Origin: Eimeria praecox
Lineage: Eukaryota
NCBI GenBank assembly: GCA_963920595.1
Contig: OY986946.1
Span: forward strand, 8,990,001-9,054,000
Length of the DNA stretch: 64,000 bases
Direction of reading: 5' to 3'
Shown here: positions 16,024-29,129 of the stretch, one piece after another
Position numbering within the stretch: position 1 is the stretch's first letter
Layout: every line of letters begins with the position of its first letter
Notes under the pieces: model-generated
Databases searched by the model: none
Told to the model about the DNA's origin: nothing
Seen by the model: only the letters and a program-made list of their open reading frames with translations
Program-made: the position numbers and the translations under genes

Positions 16024-16851
16024 GTTGATGACAGAGGCTGCTATTCTTCCTGGGCGCAGCTCACCATCGCCGAGCTGCTGCTCTTGGGGCCAACGACACG
16101 CAAAAGAACGATCCTGCTGCTGCTGCTGCTGCTGCAGCTGGTGCTGCTGCTGCTGGTGCTGCTGCAGCTGCTGCTGCTGCAGCTGATGCTGCTGCAGCTG
16201 ATGCTGCTGCAGCTGATGCTGCTGCAGCTGGTGCTGCTGGATATGGTGCTGCTGTAGTTGCTGCTGATGCAGCTGGTGCTGCTGCATATGGTGCTGCTGT
16301 ATATAGTGCTGCTGCATATGGTGCTGCTGCATATGGTGCTGCAGCGGATGCTGCTGCAGCTGTTGCTGCTGCAGCTGTTGCTGCTGCTGCCAGTAGGGTT
16401 GCTGGTACAGCAGGTGCTGTCCCCATGCACGTATATCGGTTTGATGGGTTGGCTGCCCCCAACAGGAGGCGTTTGCAGCAAAGGGGAATTCATCGTCTGT
16501 AGTTTGCTGCTGCTGCTGCTGCTGCTGTTGCGGCTGCTGCTGCGCACATCCATGCTGCAGAGCAACTGCAGCAGCAGCAGCAGAGCTAGCTGCTCTTGTT
16601 GAGGTACTGTGCTGCTGAGGAGGGCTACGGAGGCATTCGCCTGGCAGCAGCTGCCGCAGCAGCAGCAGCTGCTGCTGTCTTCGCATTGAACAGTGCAGCA
16701 GCAACTGCTGCTGCCTCATGGGCCGGGGAGGCCTAACAGCAGCAGTAGCTGCACTCGCTGCTGCAGCAGCTGCTGCAGCGGCTGCTGCAGCAGCTGCTGC
16801 TGTGGCTACATCAGCTTTCGTATGTGGATGTATTCGTTGTAGAAGCGACAT
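10733..16851 (-). CDS. RPO41: Single-subunit T3/T7 phage-type DNA-directed RNA polymerase (mitochondrial), ~1948 aa; exons 16851-13699 and 13426-10733
   Basis: Motifs YFPHNIDFRGRCYP, HLDGTCNGLQHY (A), RSVVKQTVMTVCYG (B), FPPNFIHSLDAAHMM, AVHDSYW (C) and C-terminal SPYFFH. A phase-0 intron AAG|GTCAGT...GTGCAG|GTT joins the two long ORFs. Confidence 0.95.
13437..13685. repeat. Two interstitial telomere-like (AAACCCT)n tracts (~13437-13537 and ~13632-13685) at the ends of the RNA polymerase intron
   Basis: Directly visible heptamer repeats. Confidence 0.95.
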
Positions 16852-16881
16852 GGCCTGTGTCTAGCTTCAGATCTTGCAACA

Positions 16882-16912
<31 letters not shown>

Positions 16913-17813
16913 GTGCTGCTGCTGCCCTAGCAGCTGCTCCCGTTGCTGCTGTCTACTGTGCTGCCTCGGGGAGTCTCCTACGAAATCTGAGTGGATTAGC
17001 GAAGGCATCAGAAGGAGCAGCAAGACTACAGGAGGAAGGTCTGCTGCTGCTGTTGCTGCTGCTGGTATTGCTGCTGCTGCTGCTGCTGCTGCTGTAGGTG
17101 TTGCTGCTGCTCTTGCTGCAGCGTCAAGATTGAAACCTATATACACCGGAAAGCATTAATTGAGGAGAGCTTCAAATTAAAATTTATTAGAAGTTCTGCT
17201 GCTGCTGCTGCTGCTGTTGCTGCAGGATTGTATACTATACCCCCAAGGGCAGCTGGGGGCCCCCCCCGTGAGGCCTATCATGGGGGGCCCCACACCTATC
17301 GATCCTGCTGCTGCTCCTTTGCTTCTTTCCCTTGAATAATTGTTCTTACTGGGTTTTGACAACAAGATATACGCTGTATTTGTTTGCGTGTTGCTGTTGC
17401 TGCTGCTGCTGCAGTGTATCTAGCTGCAGCACTGTGGGGCCCCCAGGGCCCCCAGGAGACTGGCTTGCCTCGGGGGCCCCCCTATATCTACAAAACCGCA
17501 AGACTAACGTTAAGACCGCATGCATGCAGCCACTGCAGCAGCAGCTGCTTGTTTTCCAAGGAAGCCGTGTTCAGCAGCAACCTACGTAGCTACAGCTGCA
17601 ACAGCAGCAGCAGCCGCAGCAGACAAGACGTAGCTACAGCTGCAACAGCAGCAGCAGCCGCAGCAGACAAGGCTGCAGCATCTACAACAACAAGAACATC
17701 AGAAGAAGCAGAATCAATAGCAGCAGCTTCTAAACTGACTTAGTGCTGCTGCAGCAGTAAATCCAACAGTTATTGGAGATAGATAGGCCTTAGATGCTGC
17801 TGCTGCTGAGGCT

Positions 17814-18554
17814 ATGCAGATGACAGACACCTTCGGACTGGCAGGACCCTCGTGCACTTGTAATGGTGTTATAGCCCCTACAAGATCAGCAGCAGCAGCA
17901 GCAGGTGCAGCAGCAGCAGCAGCAGCAACAGCATGGCGTTTGGGCTGCAGGGGCCTCAGGGGCCCCACCACGAGCTTCACCTTCGTGCGGCACGCAGAAA
18001 GCATCAAGATCCGAACAGCTGCAGCAGCAGCAACAGCTTCAGCAGCAGCAGTAGCAGCAGCATCTACAGCAGCAGCAGCTGCTGCTCTTCCAAGCCAACG
18101 ATCATGGGTGCGTGGTCGCGGCGTCATGAGTTGCTGCAACTGCGTAGCTCGTCGGGATCCGCAGCAGCTGCAGCAGCTGCAGCAGCTGCAGCAGCAGCAG
18201 ATGCTGCAGCAGTATGTACAGCCTCAGCAGCAGTATCAGCAGCAGCAGCAGCAGCAGCAGCTGTGGCAGCAGCAGCAGCGGCGGTTTGCTAAGATAGTGC
18301 GGTGGAGTCCAGACACCCCACTGGCTTATGGCTTAGATACATTTCGGGAGGCGGAGGACTTCTTCAAGGCATGCGAGCAACACAGGGGTGTGCTGCTGCT
18401 GCTGCAGCTGCTGCTGCAGCTGCTGCTGCTGAAGCTGCTGCTGCTGCTGCTGCTGAAGCTGTTGCTGCGGTTCCTACTGTTGTGAATGCTGATGTTGTTG
18501 CTGCAGTATTGAGGACTCCGTTGGCGCTGCTGCTCTCGCGGCCGCTGCTGCTGC

Positions 18555-18589
<35 letters not shown>

Positions 18590-18848
18590 CTGTAGCTGCT
18601 GCTGCTCCTGTAGCTGCTGGTCTTGGTGTAGCTGCTGCTGGCATATCTGCTGCTGCTGCTGTTGCTGCTGTTGCTGCTGAAGGCAAGATGAAACGAAGGG
18701 ACTGGCTAGCTGCCCTATCTTTGCTGTCTACGAGGCGTCGCCTTGACCTGCGAAGCCCTTCCTTTAGAGCCTTTGTTGCTGCTGCACTGCAGCAGCAGGA
18801 GCTGCTGCAGGCACCATACATACACCTCACCATTCATAGGTGAGAGCT

Positions 18849-18881
<33 letters not shown>

Positions 18882-18967
18882 AGAATGCGTCGACGATCGA
18901 ATGACGTTAGCTTCTGGAGCAACAGAGATAGTAGAACAACCACTGCATTATGTATGGCTGTTGCTGT

Positions 18968-18998
<31 letters not shown>

Positions 18999-19879
18999 TC
19001 TATTGCTGCTGCTGCTGCGCCAATAGGTTGGGAGTCATAGGATACGGCCCAGCTCTCTGGCAGCTGACGCGTCACCTGCAGCCGCTGCTGCAGCAGCAGC
19101 AGCTCAGCAGCAAACAGCTTGCTGTATCTGCATGGGGCCTGGCGAAGAATGGAGTGGCTCACCCTCCCGTGTGGGATCTTATCGGTGTGTAGACAGAAAC
19201 CCTAAACCCTAAACCCTAAACCCTAAACCCTAAATCTTTGATCCGAGGGATGGAACGTGCTGCCTCAATGTGCCTTGTCAGGTTCACGGTTCTGGGTTTA
19301 AAGAGAGGGGTTTGGAATCTAGGGTTTAGGGTTTAGGGTTTAGGGTTTAGGGTTTAGGGTTTAGGGTTTAGGGTTTAGGGTTTAGGGTTTAGGGTTTAGG
19401 GTTTAGGGTTTAGGGTTTAGTAGGTGGCTGCAGGCGTGGAGGCGATGCGGCTGGCAAAGGAGCTCCGCCTTGCAGACCTCTCGATGATTTTATGGGCCTT
19501 TGCCCGTGTGGAGGTGCGCAAACCCTAAAGCCTAAACCCTAAACCCTAAACCCTAAACCCTAAACCCTAAACCCTAGCTCTTTCTTTAGCGTACAGGCCA
19601 GCACACCAGCAGCTAGACTTTAGACATAGCGGAAGGCAGCAACTGCATGCGGCAGTATTGCAGCAGCAGCTGCAGCACTGGAGCTAAGCCACTGTCTGCA
19701 TCTCTATAAGCCTTTCACTCTATTTAAACCTGCAGTCTTTCTTAACAGATAGACAGACAGCAAGCCGGTAAGGGCTGTGTTGTGCTGTCGAACGCTTGCT
19801 GCTGCTGCAACAGCGTAAGCAGCAGCAGCAAAAGGGCATGCAGAGGCTGATGCTGATCTTGAGAAAACCACAAGACCTG

Positions 19880-19910
<31 letters not shown>

Positions 19911-20032
19911 TTTCGGGATATCTGCGCAGCGCCTAAGGCCCGCTGAGATCTTAGGACTCAAAGAGGAGGTACTCAAACGCCTCGAGGTCTTTGTCAGGCA
20001 AACGCTTGCTGCAGCAGCTGCACCCTACCACA

Positions 20033-20064
<32 letters not shown>

Positions 20065-20872
20065 TCAGCAGCAGCAGCAGGCGCTGCTGGTGGTGGTGGT
20101 GCTGCTACTGACGTTCCGCTTGCCCCTCAACTGGAGCAGCAATTTGAAGATACACCCCAGGCTCTGACAGCAACGATGCATGCAGACGCAGCACCAAGGG
20201 AACCCGTCTCTGCTGCTGCTGCTGCTGCTGCTGTGGGGGGCGCAGTGACACCGCACGACCTCTGCATGCTGATGAGGTCTTTTGCTGATCTTACTCCTGG
20301 CGACTCAGCGTTAATTATTCGCCTGCTGTATGCCCTCCTACTTGCCTGTCGCGTCCCGCCTTCAGTCCTGGAAGCAGCAGCAGCAGCAGCAGCACCGGGT
20401 GCAGCAGACGCAGCTACTGCAGAAGGAGAAGAAGGATTGGTCACGGAGGTGGACGCCCCTGCAGCCTTTGGTGGCGCCGCTCCTCTGACTGCTCAGGTAC
20501 TTCGAAGAAATTAGGCTAGCCGCCAGCTAGCTTATGGCTAGCTGCCAGCTAGCTTATGGCTAGCCACCCGCTAGCTTATGGCTAGCTGCCAGCTAGCTTA
20601 TGGCTAGCCGCCAGCTAGCTTATGGCTAGCTGCCAGCTAGCTTATGACTAGTTGCTGGGTAGCTTATGGCTAGTTGCTGGGTAGCTTATGGCTAGTTGCT
20701 GGGTAGCTGCTCTGGCTATCTGCTGGCTGGTCGCTAGCTGAGTCGGATGTACAGCTAGCTACCGATGTGCAAATGGTGCTGTTTGTATTTCAGGGCCTCA
20801 CTGCTGTTTGGACAGCGTTGAAAGACGCTAAAATAACCCAAGTCTTCTCTGTGCCGCAGCACAAGAGACCCA

Positions 20873-20903
<31 letters not shown>

Positions 20904-21731
20904 ACACCGCGCTTATCTGCCTTTCAGAGAGACTGTCCCTCTCGAATGCCTGCCTTTGTTGCTTCCCATTCTCAAGCCAGGCCAAGTGTATTCACAAGGA
21001 GACCGACAAACAGAAGGGCGTGCAACAGCAACGAGAGAAACAACGCCAGCATACCAAACACTCGCAACAACAGCAGCGTCTAAAGCCTCAGCAGCAGATG
21101 CTCTACTTGCTGCAGGAGCAGAGAGTGTGGAGCATGCGACAGAGACAGCACGGGCATTGGGTTCAAGAGGGACAGAGCCACCTGCTTTGTCTGCTGCAGT
21201 GCCAGCAGCAGCAACTGCCGTTGCTGCTGCTGCACAAGAGGGTATAAGGAGCAACGCGTTGCTGCACGGCGCATGCACAGACGTCCTGCTGGAGGTGCTG
21301 TGTGAAGAGACTCGGTTGCTTCGCCTAGACCACACAACTAACACCAGCATGATTGCTGCCTTAGCTGAGGCGCTAGCAGATATGCAGGTAAGCCCCAAAA
21401 TCCGAACCCTACTCCCTACGTCATAAACACCATAGACCCTAAACGTTTCAGCAAACCGTTTGCATGCATCTCCCCATGGCGTAGAGGCAGACAGAGACAG
21501 AGACAAGGCTGCCCACTGCTGGGGTCGTGTGTGGGGTTTCAGCTCGTCGATCCCCGCGTGGTGTACCAATTGGTGCTCTTTGCACATCAACGAGGGGCTG
21601 CTCAATTTCAGGGGGAGCAACTGCTGAAGGTTCTTGAGGCGTTTGAGGGTTGTCAGATAGCTGACAGCAAAGCTTGGGCCAGACTTGGTGAGCCGCTGCA
21701 TTAAAAACCCGTCAAGGATGCGGCTGCTGCT

Positions 21732-21792
<61 letters not shown>

Positions 21793-22148
21793 TTGTTACT
21801 ACGCTGGCTAATGCTCATGGTGCTGCTTCTAATTAGATTGCTGCTGCAGGCGCTGCTGTTCCCGGTGTGCCTGTTGTGCCAGCTTTGTTTCTTTATCCAT
21901 GTTTGCAAGTCTGACGTCCCTGCTGCTGCCGCTGCTGCTGCTGCTGCTGCTGCTGTTGCTGTTGCATGTGGTGTGTGTGAACGGCAGCCCATCGAGCACA
22001 AGACGTAGCCGCTGACTTGGATTTGCGGGGGCTGAAGAGACTACGACAGCTGGCGAGGCGTTCGGGCCATAGCAACGCGAGGCTGGAAGGGGTTGTCGAC
22101 CACTTTGAAGCCCTCAAGGAAGATGTACAGCGATGTGGGCCCCTTTAG
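17814..22148 (+). CDS. Helical-repeat protein (FAST/RAP-associated or OPR/HPR-like), probably mitochondrial, ~773 aa; exons 17814-18387, 18683-18839, 19027-19184, 19434-19513, 19930-20496, 20794-21387, 21657-21687, 21988-22148
   Basis: All seven GT-AG introns are phase-compatible (2322 nt in total). Repeated motifs LSSKQLAVSAWGLAK, LRLADLSMILWAFAR, VTPHDLCMLMRSFAD, LTAQGLTAVWTALKD and MIAALAEALADM. RRFAK follows an Ala/Arg-rich N-terminus. Confidence 0.7.
19197..19575. repeat. Three intronic telomere-like tracts of alternating orientation: (AAACCCT)n 19197-19234, (TTTAGGG)n ~19320-19420, (AAACCCT)n ~19520-19575
   Basis: Directly visible. Confidence 0.95.
20514..20720. repeat. 22-bp intronic minisatellite, ~9 copies of ggctagc(c/t)gccagctagcttat grading into ggctagttgctgggtagcttat
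   Basis: Directly visible tandem units. Confidence 0.9.
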
Positions 22149-24288
22149 GGGCCCCCCTTTAGGGCCTCCTTTAGGGCCTCCTTTAGGGGGCCCCCTGGTG
22201 GGGTTCACACTAAGGCATTGTCTGTAGAACCGCTTGGGTGTCTCCTCTTCGGGCGTCCTTAGAGACGTCTCCAGTGTCTGTAGAGGCGAAGACACAAAGT
22301 CTTTCTCTATAATGTAAACGTGGTCCCTTGCAGGGCTTTTGTGTGTTTTCCTTGGCTTCGCGCATGCAAGACGCCCGAATATGATCCTTGCATGGGAGTG
22401 TTTCGCATTGATTAGGATAGAGAGGTATTGGAGACGTAGTTTTATCAAGCCTGTGGTGTGTAGCTAGACTTGGGGCCACTGAGCTTGCAACTGTGCCCTT
22501 AGGCTACAAATCCAATATCGCAGGCGTTCCCTTGATTTGGAGGCATCATTGGAATCGCTAAGCATCAGCTACCAGCTATCAGGTATCAGTTAACAACTCA
22601 AAGGATGTAAAGGAGACCTCGAGGCTCCTACTTGGTGTTGTCCCTTAGTAGCCAAGGGATTGGGATCAAGATAAATATGTTTAAAATAGTAGCTGCAAGC
22701 GATAATGATAGATAGATATAGTACAAGGGAGGCTGACGGAAAATAGGCTAAGACTACCCGTGAGAAGAGAAATAGATCTCTCTTCGGACTGAGACTGTAC
22801 AACAAACAATCCAGTAAAGGGTGACCTACAGGTATCTACTCCTGCGATGCCGTTTGGTTTTCTTTGGGTTCGAGGCTTAGTATTCAGAGTTGTTTTAGTA
22901 TTTAGAATTACTACACTTCGCTCAGGATATGCTTTAGGCCCTACAAATACATAGACTTGAAGCCTGGCAGGGGAAGAGACATCCTAGAGAGAGATACGTG
23001 ACAAAGTAAGAGCGAAGATTAGAATTAGGGAGGACCTCAGAGCACCTCCTCTCAGCTGTTTGCAAGCCTCAGGGTTGGAGGTGAGCGTGCCTCTGTGTTC
23101 GTGGCAGTGTGCATCCCTCTGCATACGGGGCTGCCTACGGCATCAAGGTATTCAACTAGCTGATTAAGGCACGAGCTAGAGGACCGCAGTGTGAAACCTT
23201 TCTGTTTGTCGAATGGCGGCACAGAAGGGGGCAAGGAAGCAGCACTGACACGGACACACCCAGGTGTATGGGGAGTTCTGCTAGAAGACGACAAGTTCTA
23301 ACAGCTATATCAACTGCTCATAATTGGTTTTGCTGCATGCAGTGGAGTAAACCTTGAATGTGGCCGCAGACATGGCAGCTGGCTACAGTGACCAGTGGTC
23401 CACTAGGGAGCGGTGCGCGAGCGGACAGGAGCAAGAAGACGACTGTGTTTTTCCCTATGCAACAGGATTACTTATCAGAACCCAAATTTTATGTGTCGTA
23501 ACTGCTTTATTTAGCAACTAACGTGAAACTGGGGGGGTGCCCTATGGCCATCGGGGTCCTCAAAGCAGCGAAGGCGGTCGGCGCTCGGGGTCACTCTGAC
23601 GGAGACGATAGGACGGTAGGGTGACCCTGACACTTCAAGCAGTGTTTCGATTTGAAATTAACTATTTGAAGAATAAGTTTAATTGTACTCGGTTTGGAGG
23701 AGAGGAAGAAGTAGAAACGCAGTCCATGCAGGCGGCTCTCGGGCCATTCCTGTGTAGGACTGGCCCGAGAGCCATCCGGCAGCGTAGACAGCAGCAACCC
23801 CACCTCGAAACACATTTCATTTGCTCTTCTATCCTCTCCTTTCCGTTTGTCTATGTATGTTTGGATTTGTTGAGCCTTTTCTAGCTTTATTTCGGACGAA
23901 TCCCCCCGATTTGCGGGTAAAGAAGTGAGCTGATTGGCGGGCATATACTGTGGTGCGAGATCTAGGAACACACGGCCGCCATTCTTATCAGTCGGGCAGT
24001 TGTGTCCCCTCGCAACAACGGAGCAGTTTCTCCTTTAGCCCTGACTGGGTTCACCTGCAGTGACAACATTTGCTGGTCTCGGTTGCCCCTCAGCAGCCTT
24101 CTCCTGGTATCTGTCTTGAGAACACACTGCTCCTGCAGCTTTTAACAGGCCAGTACACTTCGGCACCCGAACACAACACCGACAGCTTGTTCTCTAATCC
24201 ATTGGGGAAGTCATGGAAGGTGGCAGCAAGTTAAGAAGTTCAACAGACAGGTTCCTGAGTCCTTTGCTGCCTGGTGTGTTTGCGGCCT

Positions 24289-24321
<33 letters not shown>
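24289..24321. repeat. (GT)n microsatellite
   Basis: Directly visible. Confidence 0.95.
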
Positions 24322-24322
<1 letters not shown>

Positions 24323-24726
24323 TTGCACTCAGCTGTCTCTACATCCCGGCACTCATCATCATAACATAGAAAAAGCCATTTGAGTAATCAACCCGCCCAT
24401 GCAGAGACACTCAATGGAGATTGCCGGTGGCGAAAGCTACGCACTCGTCGCCGTTGGGTCGAGGCCTCATCCCAAGTGTATGCCCTTCTACCGATATTGT
24501 AGAGCTTGATATCGCAGGGCAGAGCTGCTGTATGGATCAACTATCTGGGTGTACATACACGGCTCCTTTTGTTGTATTTGTGTATGCAGCTTTGGTTGGC
24601 CAGCTGCTTGCCATAGGAGCGCTGCCTCTTTCGATCTCCACAACTGATGGGGACACCCGCACACGGAGAGCACACTCCGGCATTTCAAAGGTATGAAGCA
24701 CGCACTCGCGACTGTCTTGTTAGTAA

Positions 24727-27700
24727 ATGCATATATGTGCCCTAAGTACGCAATCAGTACATACACTCATGAGTCGATTGATGCCTCTGCTGCAGCACAT
24801 CAGCGACAGAGAACTGCGACGCCTGCAGCTGCCCAGCCTTCTCTCCGCCTTGCTGCCCCCTGCATCTCCGCTCGAAGACCAAGGGGGGCATAGCAGCAGC
24901 TGCAGCAGCGATGTGCTGCCGGTGCAGCAGCAAGCCCTAGTAGTACGCGGTGCAGCTTCGCTGGTGTTGCATCAGTGGCTGCTACTGGCAGCGGATGCTC
25001 TGCATTTGCTGCGGCGTCTACTGCAGCCAGAGAAGCAGCATCATCGTCGCAACAACAGCAGCTCCGAGCATCACCAGCTTCTGGGGAGGCAGCAGCAGCA
25101 GGATTCCCGAAGGAAGAGGGTGCGGACAGTCGAGGCTCACCGAGAAGATGAGAGGGAAGATCAGCAAGAAGATGCAGACGAGACAGCAGAGGCACTCTGG
25201 GAACGAACAGCGGTAGGTTGAAGACCTCCAAGGCAAAATGCCTCCACGCATAAAGGGCACTGAACCTGCTGCATAGGTTGAAAGGCTCAGGAGGCGCTGG
25301 CATAATGTAAAAATCTTTGTACGTGGTGCGCTGTTGCATTTACTGCTGCAGCAGCTGCAACTGCAGCAACAACAGCAGCAAGGGGAAGAAGAGTCTCAGC
25401 AGCGACTCAAGCGACTAGGCAGCGTCTTTGCTACTCATCTGCAGGAAGCAGAATCCAGCGTTAGAGCCAACAGGGACAGCGCCGGTATGTTGCTGCAGCG
25501 GGGGGCCCCCGACCTTTTCAGCGCGTGTTGGGCTACTGTGGCCACTCCCCTCCGTTCTGGAGGGGCTCGACCAGGGCAGCAGCAGCAAATCGGATCGCAC
25601 GAAAGGCTTCTTGCTGCAGCAGGAGAATCCCATGCTCCCGGCATGTCGTGGAGACGCTGGGCTTTCGGGGGCCCTGACCTCCACCTCCCTTTGCCTTCAG
25701 CAGCAGCATCCAGCGCAGCTGCAGCTGCTCCAGGAGGCAGAACTGTCTCCGCAGCAGTAGAAGAAATAGCAGGGGAAAGAATGGAAGACGCAGCGGTTGA
25801 GTCTGCTGACTATGCAGACATGTGGGGACCCCTGCCAGAAGAAGAGCACCAGGGAGGCTACGAGCCACAGCAACATCAGCAGCAGCAACAGGAAGGCGAT
25901 GGTGCGGAGGCGGCTCCGGATATCTATGCAGGGCCGAAAGCCTCTCGAAGAAGGGGAGTGAGCTGCTGCTGCTGCTCCTGCTGATCCTAATTGCACCAGC
26001 ATGCATTTCAAGTGGTTTCTCCTTGGCTGATGACCTTCCCCTTTAATTGTGTCTGTCTCACGTGCTTGCTGCAGCCAGGCCAGGGAGTGCAGCTAGACAC
26101 AAACATATCACGAAAAACAGCACGCAACACCAGCAATGGCAGGGCCTTTCCCACCCTTATAAGCAGGACCAGCACAACTGCAACTCCTCCAAGGCTGTGT
26201 CATGCTGCAAAATACCTGGCAGCAACAACTGCTGAAGTTTATGAGGTAATTCTTCTCATCGGAACCTGCTGCATTCACTGCATTCTCTGTGGTAGCTGCT
26301 GCAGCTGGTGCTGCGGCTTCCAGTAAGAATTGCCGCTCAGAAATAGTAGTTGTGGCGCTGCTGCCTCTTCTGTCTTGCAGCTGTACGCAGTCCATCCCAT
26401 TGCTAACCTTTATGAGTGGCTGCAGCAGCAGCTCCTCCTCTCTGGTGGCAGGATTTGTTGGAGCCCGTTTCACAACACAGCAGCGGCCGCACCAGAAGGC
26501 CACGCCGCCGCTGCAGACAGGCTCTTGAATAAGCTGTCGTCTGGTTCCGGGTCTCTCTATGCTGCTCCGGGAGCAAAGACAACTGAGACGCACCAGCACA
26601 GCACAGGGCAGGGGGGTCTGTGGCCCCGACAGGAATGGGAGGGAGACTTCACACTGTACACTGAAGCCGAATTACAGCAGCAGCAGCAGCAGCAGCAGCA
26701 AGACAGCAGCAGCGGCAGGCGCCGAAGCGGCGATCTGCTGGGCAGTGGTGAGCACGTGGAGGTGCTTCGAGGCATCTTTGACAGCAGCAGCATGCAGCAA
26801 AGGGCCACACAAACTCGCCTAACCCAAATGCGAAGGGAATCGGTGAGACACTCCGGTATTGCTGCAGCTGATGCATTTGCTGCTGCTGTTCCTAGTGCCC
26901 TCTGTGGTTAAACTGCACGTGCTGCTTCGCATGACTCTTTTATCTTAGTTGTCAGGTAACTGATGCTGCTATTGGTTGTGTTCAGTGATGGTATTGCTGC
27001 TGCTGCATGCCTCTGCAGTTTCGCGCAATCTATGCCCTTGTACGCTGATTTTGACACAAAATCCGACTCAATGATTGTTTTGTTAGTGCTGCTGCTGTTT
27101 CTTGCTATTGATGTCTGTTGTTGTTCTTGATACTGCATGCACCATAGGAAGCATCAAGTACTTCGCGGCTGGGTAGTAGCAGAAGGGCTAGTGGCCTGAG
27201 TGCCCCTTCCTCGGAGGCCTCTCTGGAGGCTTTAGCCTACGGCGACTTCCCTGAATTTGAAGGCTGCCCCACTGAATTAAGCGATGACCAGCAGCAGCAG
27301 CAGGAAAGGCAGCAGCAGCAACAGCAACAAAATCATCTCGAGGCTCATGGCGCAGCCGTTGCCTCGCTCAGACTTAGACAACTGCTGCAGCAATATGCTC
27401 TTACTCATCCGGATGTATCAGGGTATCCATTGTCGGGCGAGGCGGCGCCAGAGCAGCAGCAAGAGCAGCAGAACGAGTCTACAATTCCACTAGGCCGGCT
27501 TTTGCCCAGAGGCCGGGTTGATCCCCGCATAGCCTGTTGCACCTTTTCGCATTTGCTGCTACTGCACAGGCACGGTTCAATTAAACTGCAACAAGTGCCG
27601 CAAATCCTTCCCATGCCCTCCAGTAAACCCTATCCTGAGCTCTACGTACACGTGACGCAGCAGTGGCATAGAGAAGGTGAGGCAGGAGGGGTACGGCAGC

Positions 27701-27984
27701 CACACGAGGAGCAGCAGCCACTGCATGAGGAGGAACAGAAGCAGGCGCACACCCAGCAGCAGGGGGAGCAGCAAGAGCACGATCAGCAGCAGCAACAAGG
27801 ATCGCCCATTGGCTCCAGGCAAATGGAAGGCAAGGATGTGTCTAGCACTTCCTCAGAACAACGAGATAACGATAATGAGCAGCAGCGAGAGCAGCAGCGG
27901 ACGCAAGCGCGGCGGGGGAGAGGGAGTTCCAGGACTACTTGTCATGAAACGAACAGAAGCCGCAAAGCCCCCAGGGCTTCTTGA
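24727..27984 (+). CDS. Multi-exon hypothetical protein; exon limits and start approximate
   Basis: Successive plus-strand ORFs with coding-like composition (24727-25221, 25334-25984, 26330-26911, 27430-27984) bounded by plausible splice sites. No family recognised. Confidence 0.5.
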
Positions 27985-29129
27985 CAGAGCCTTTTTCCCG
28001 CAGTACCCTGTATTAGTTTATTTTGACTCTCTATTCCGCTGTTTCGCCTCCTTTGCCTCGGGCCTTCAGCGTTTGTGCTTGCCGCCCTCTCTGCCTATTC
28101 TGTTCTGTTTCTTTGTCTCCCTTTTGGGGCTTCTCATTTCCATACGCGGAAGGGTATGGGTGCAGCACATGTGCTTTGGCTTCTTCGCCATACCATCAGG
28201 CACTAAGGCCTCGCGCGACCCAGCCACAGGCCCTATTGGAGATTCGGCAGCATTTCCCTCCGATTCCTGGAGAGCTTCGTTTGCTCCTGGGTGGCTGCCT
28301 GCGTGCCCCGCTATACGCTTGATTCCCCCGTACAAAGCGGGATGTTTATCCCATAGGGCCGTGCTTATCTTCGCATGACCGAACCTTGCAACTCTAGGCC
28401 CTTCTTTGCGTTTTGTACGTACGTGGGCGCATGCATGCAACCGAGTGCAGACTGCGGGACCGTAGTCCTGCTAAAGTCTACAGAATCCAACTGGACTTTC
28501 TGAAAGAGCTTCTTCGTTCCTGCCTCTTTGCAGGAGGGAAGTGAGACAGCAGGCATGTGCAAGAACAGCTTTAAAAAACGTTCACTGCGTTTCTACAGTG
28601 TCAGCCAGAAGTTCGGTGTGTTCAAAAGGAGGTTTAGGTGAGTTTTCTTATGCGTTAAACGCAGCAGATAGCCACTTAACTGCAGACAGCTGCAGCTAGC
28701 TGGTGACTCGCAGCAGCTAGCCGATGAGCCGAAGCTCCTCAAAAGCGCGATTAGGGGTTACCCCGAGCAAGCTCCTTGCATGGAGTCAATACAATATCTC
28801 AACAAGCGGACGAACCCGAGCAGCTGCAACTGCTGCACGAAGTCCTTTGAGGCCTAGATTGCCCGTGCGGAAGCAGTTACCCAGTTAGCCAGATAGCCAT
28901 CTACACTAGCAGCCTTGGCAGCGGCAGCAGCGCCCCCGGAACTAGAAATAAGTATGATGGTGCCAGCCAGCAGCTCAGTGGATACGAAGATGGGTAGCTA
29001 CAGTGGCTTTCTGGAGAGCCGCGCGCCCCCCAACTAAATAGGCCACTGCGCAGTTAGTTGGAAAAGGCAGACAAACGAGGAGGTATTAAAGGGCAGAGAG
29101 AAGTAGTATTTGGCAACCCGCTGCGCCCT

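Noticed and set aside
13437..19575. Telomere repeats as a true chromosome end or misassembly
   Set aside because: The tracts are short and lie inside introns whose flanking exons join in frame
22300..24700. Intergenic short ORFs and a possible mobile-element remnant
   Set aside because: No terminal repeats, coding motifs or consistent exon chain could be identified by eye
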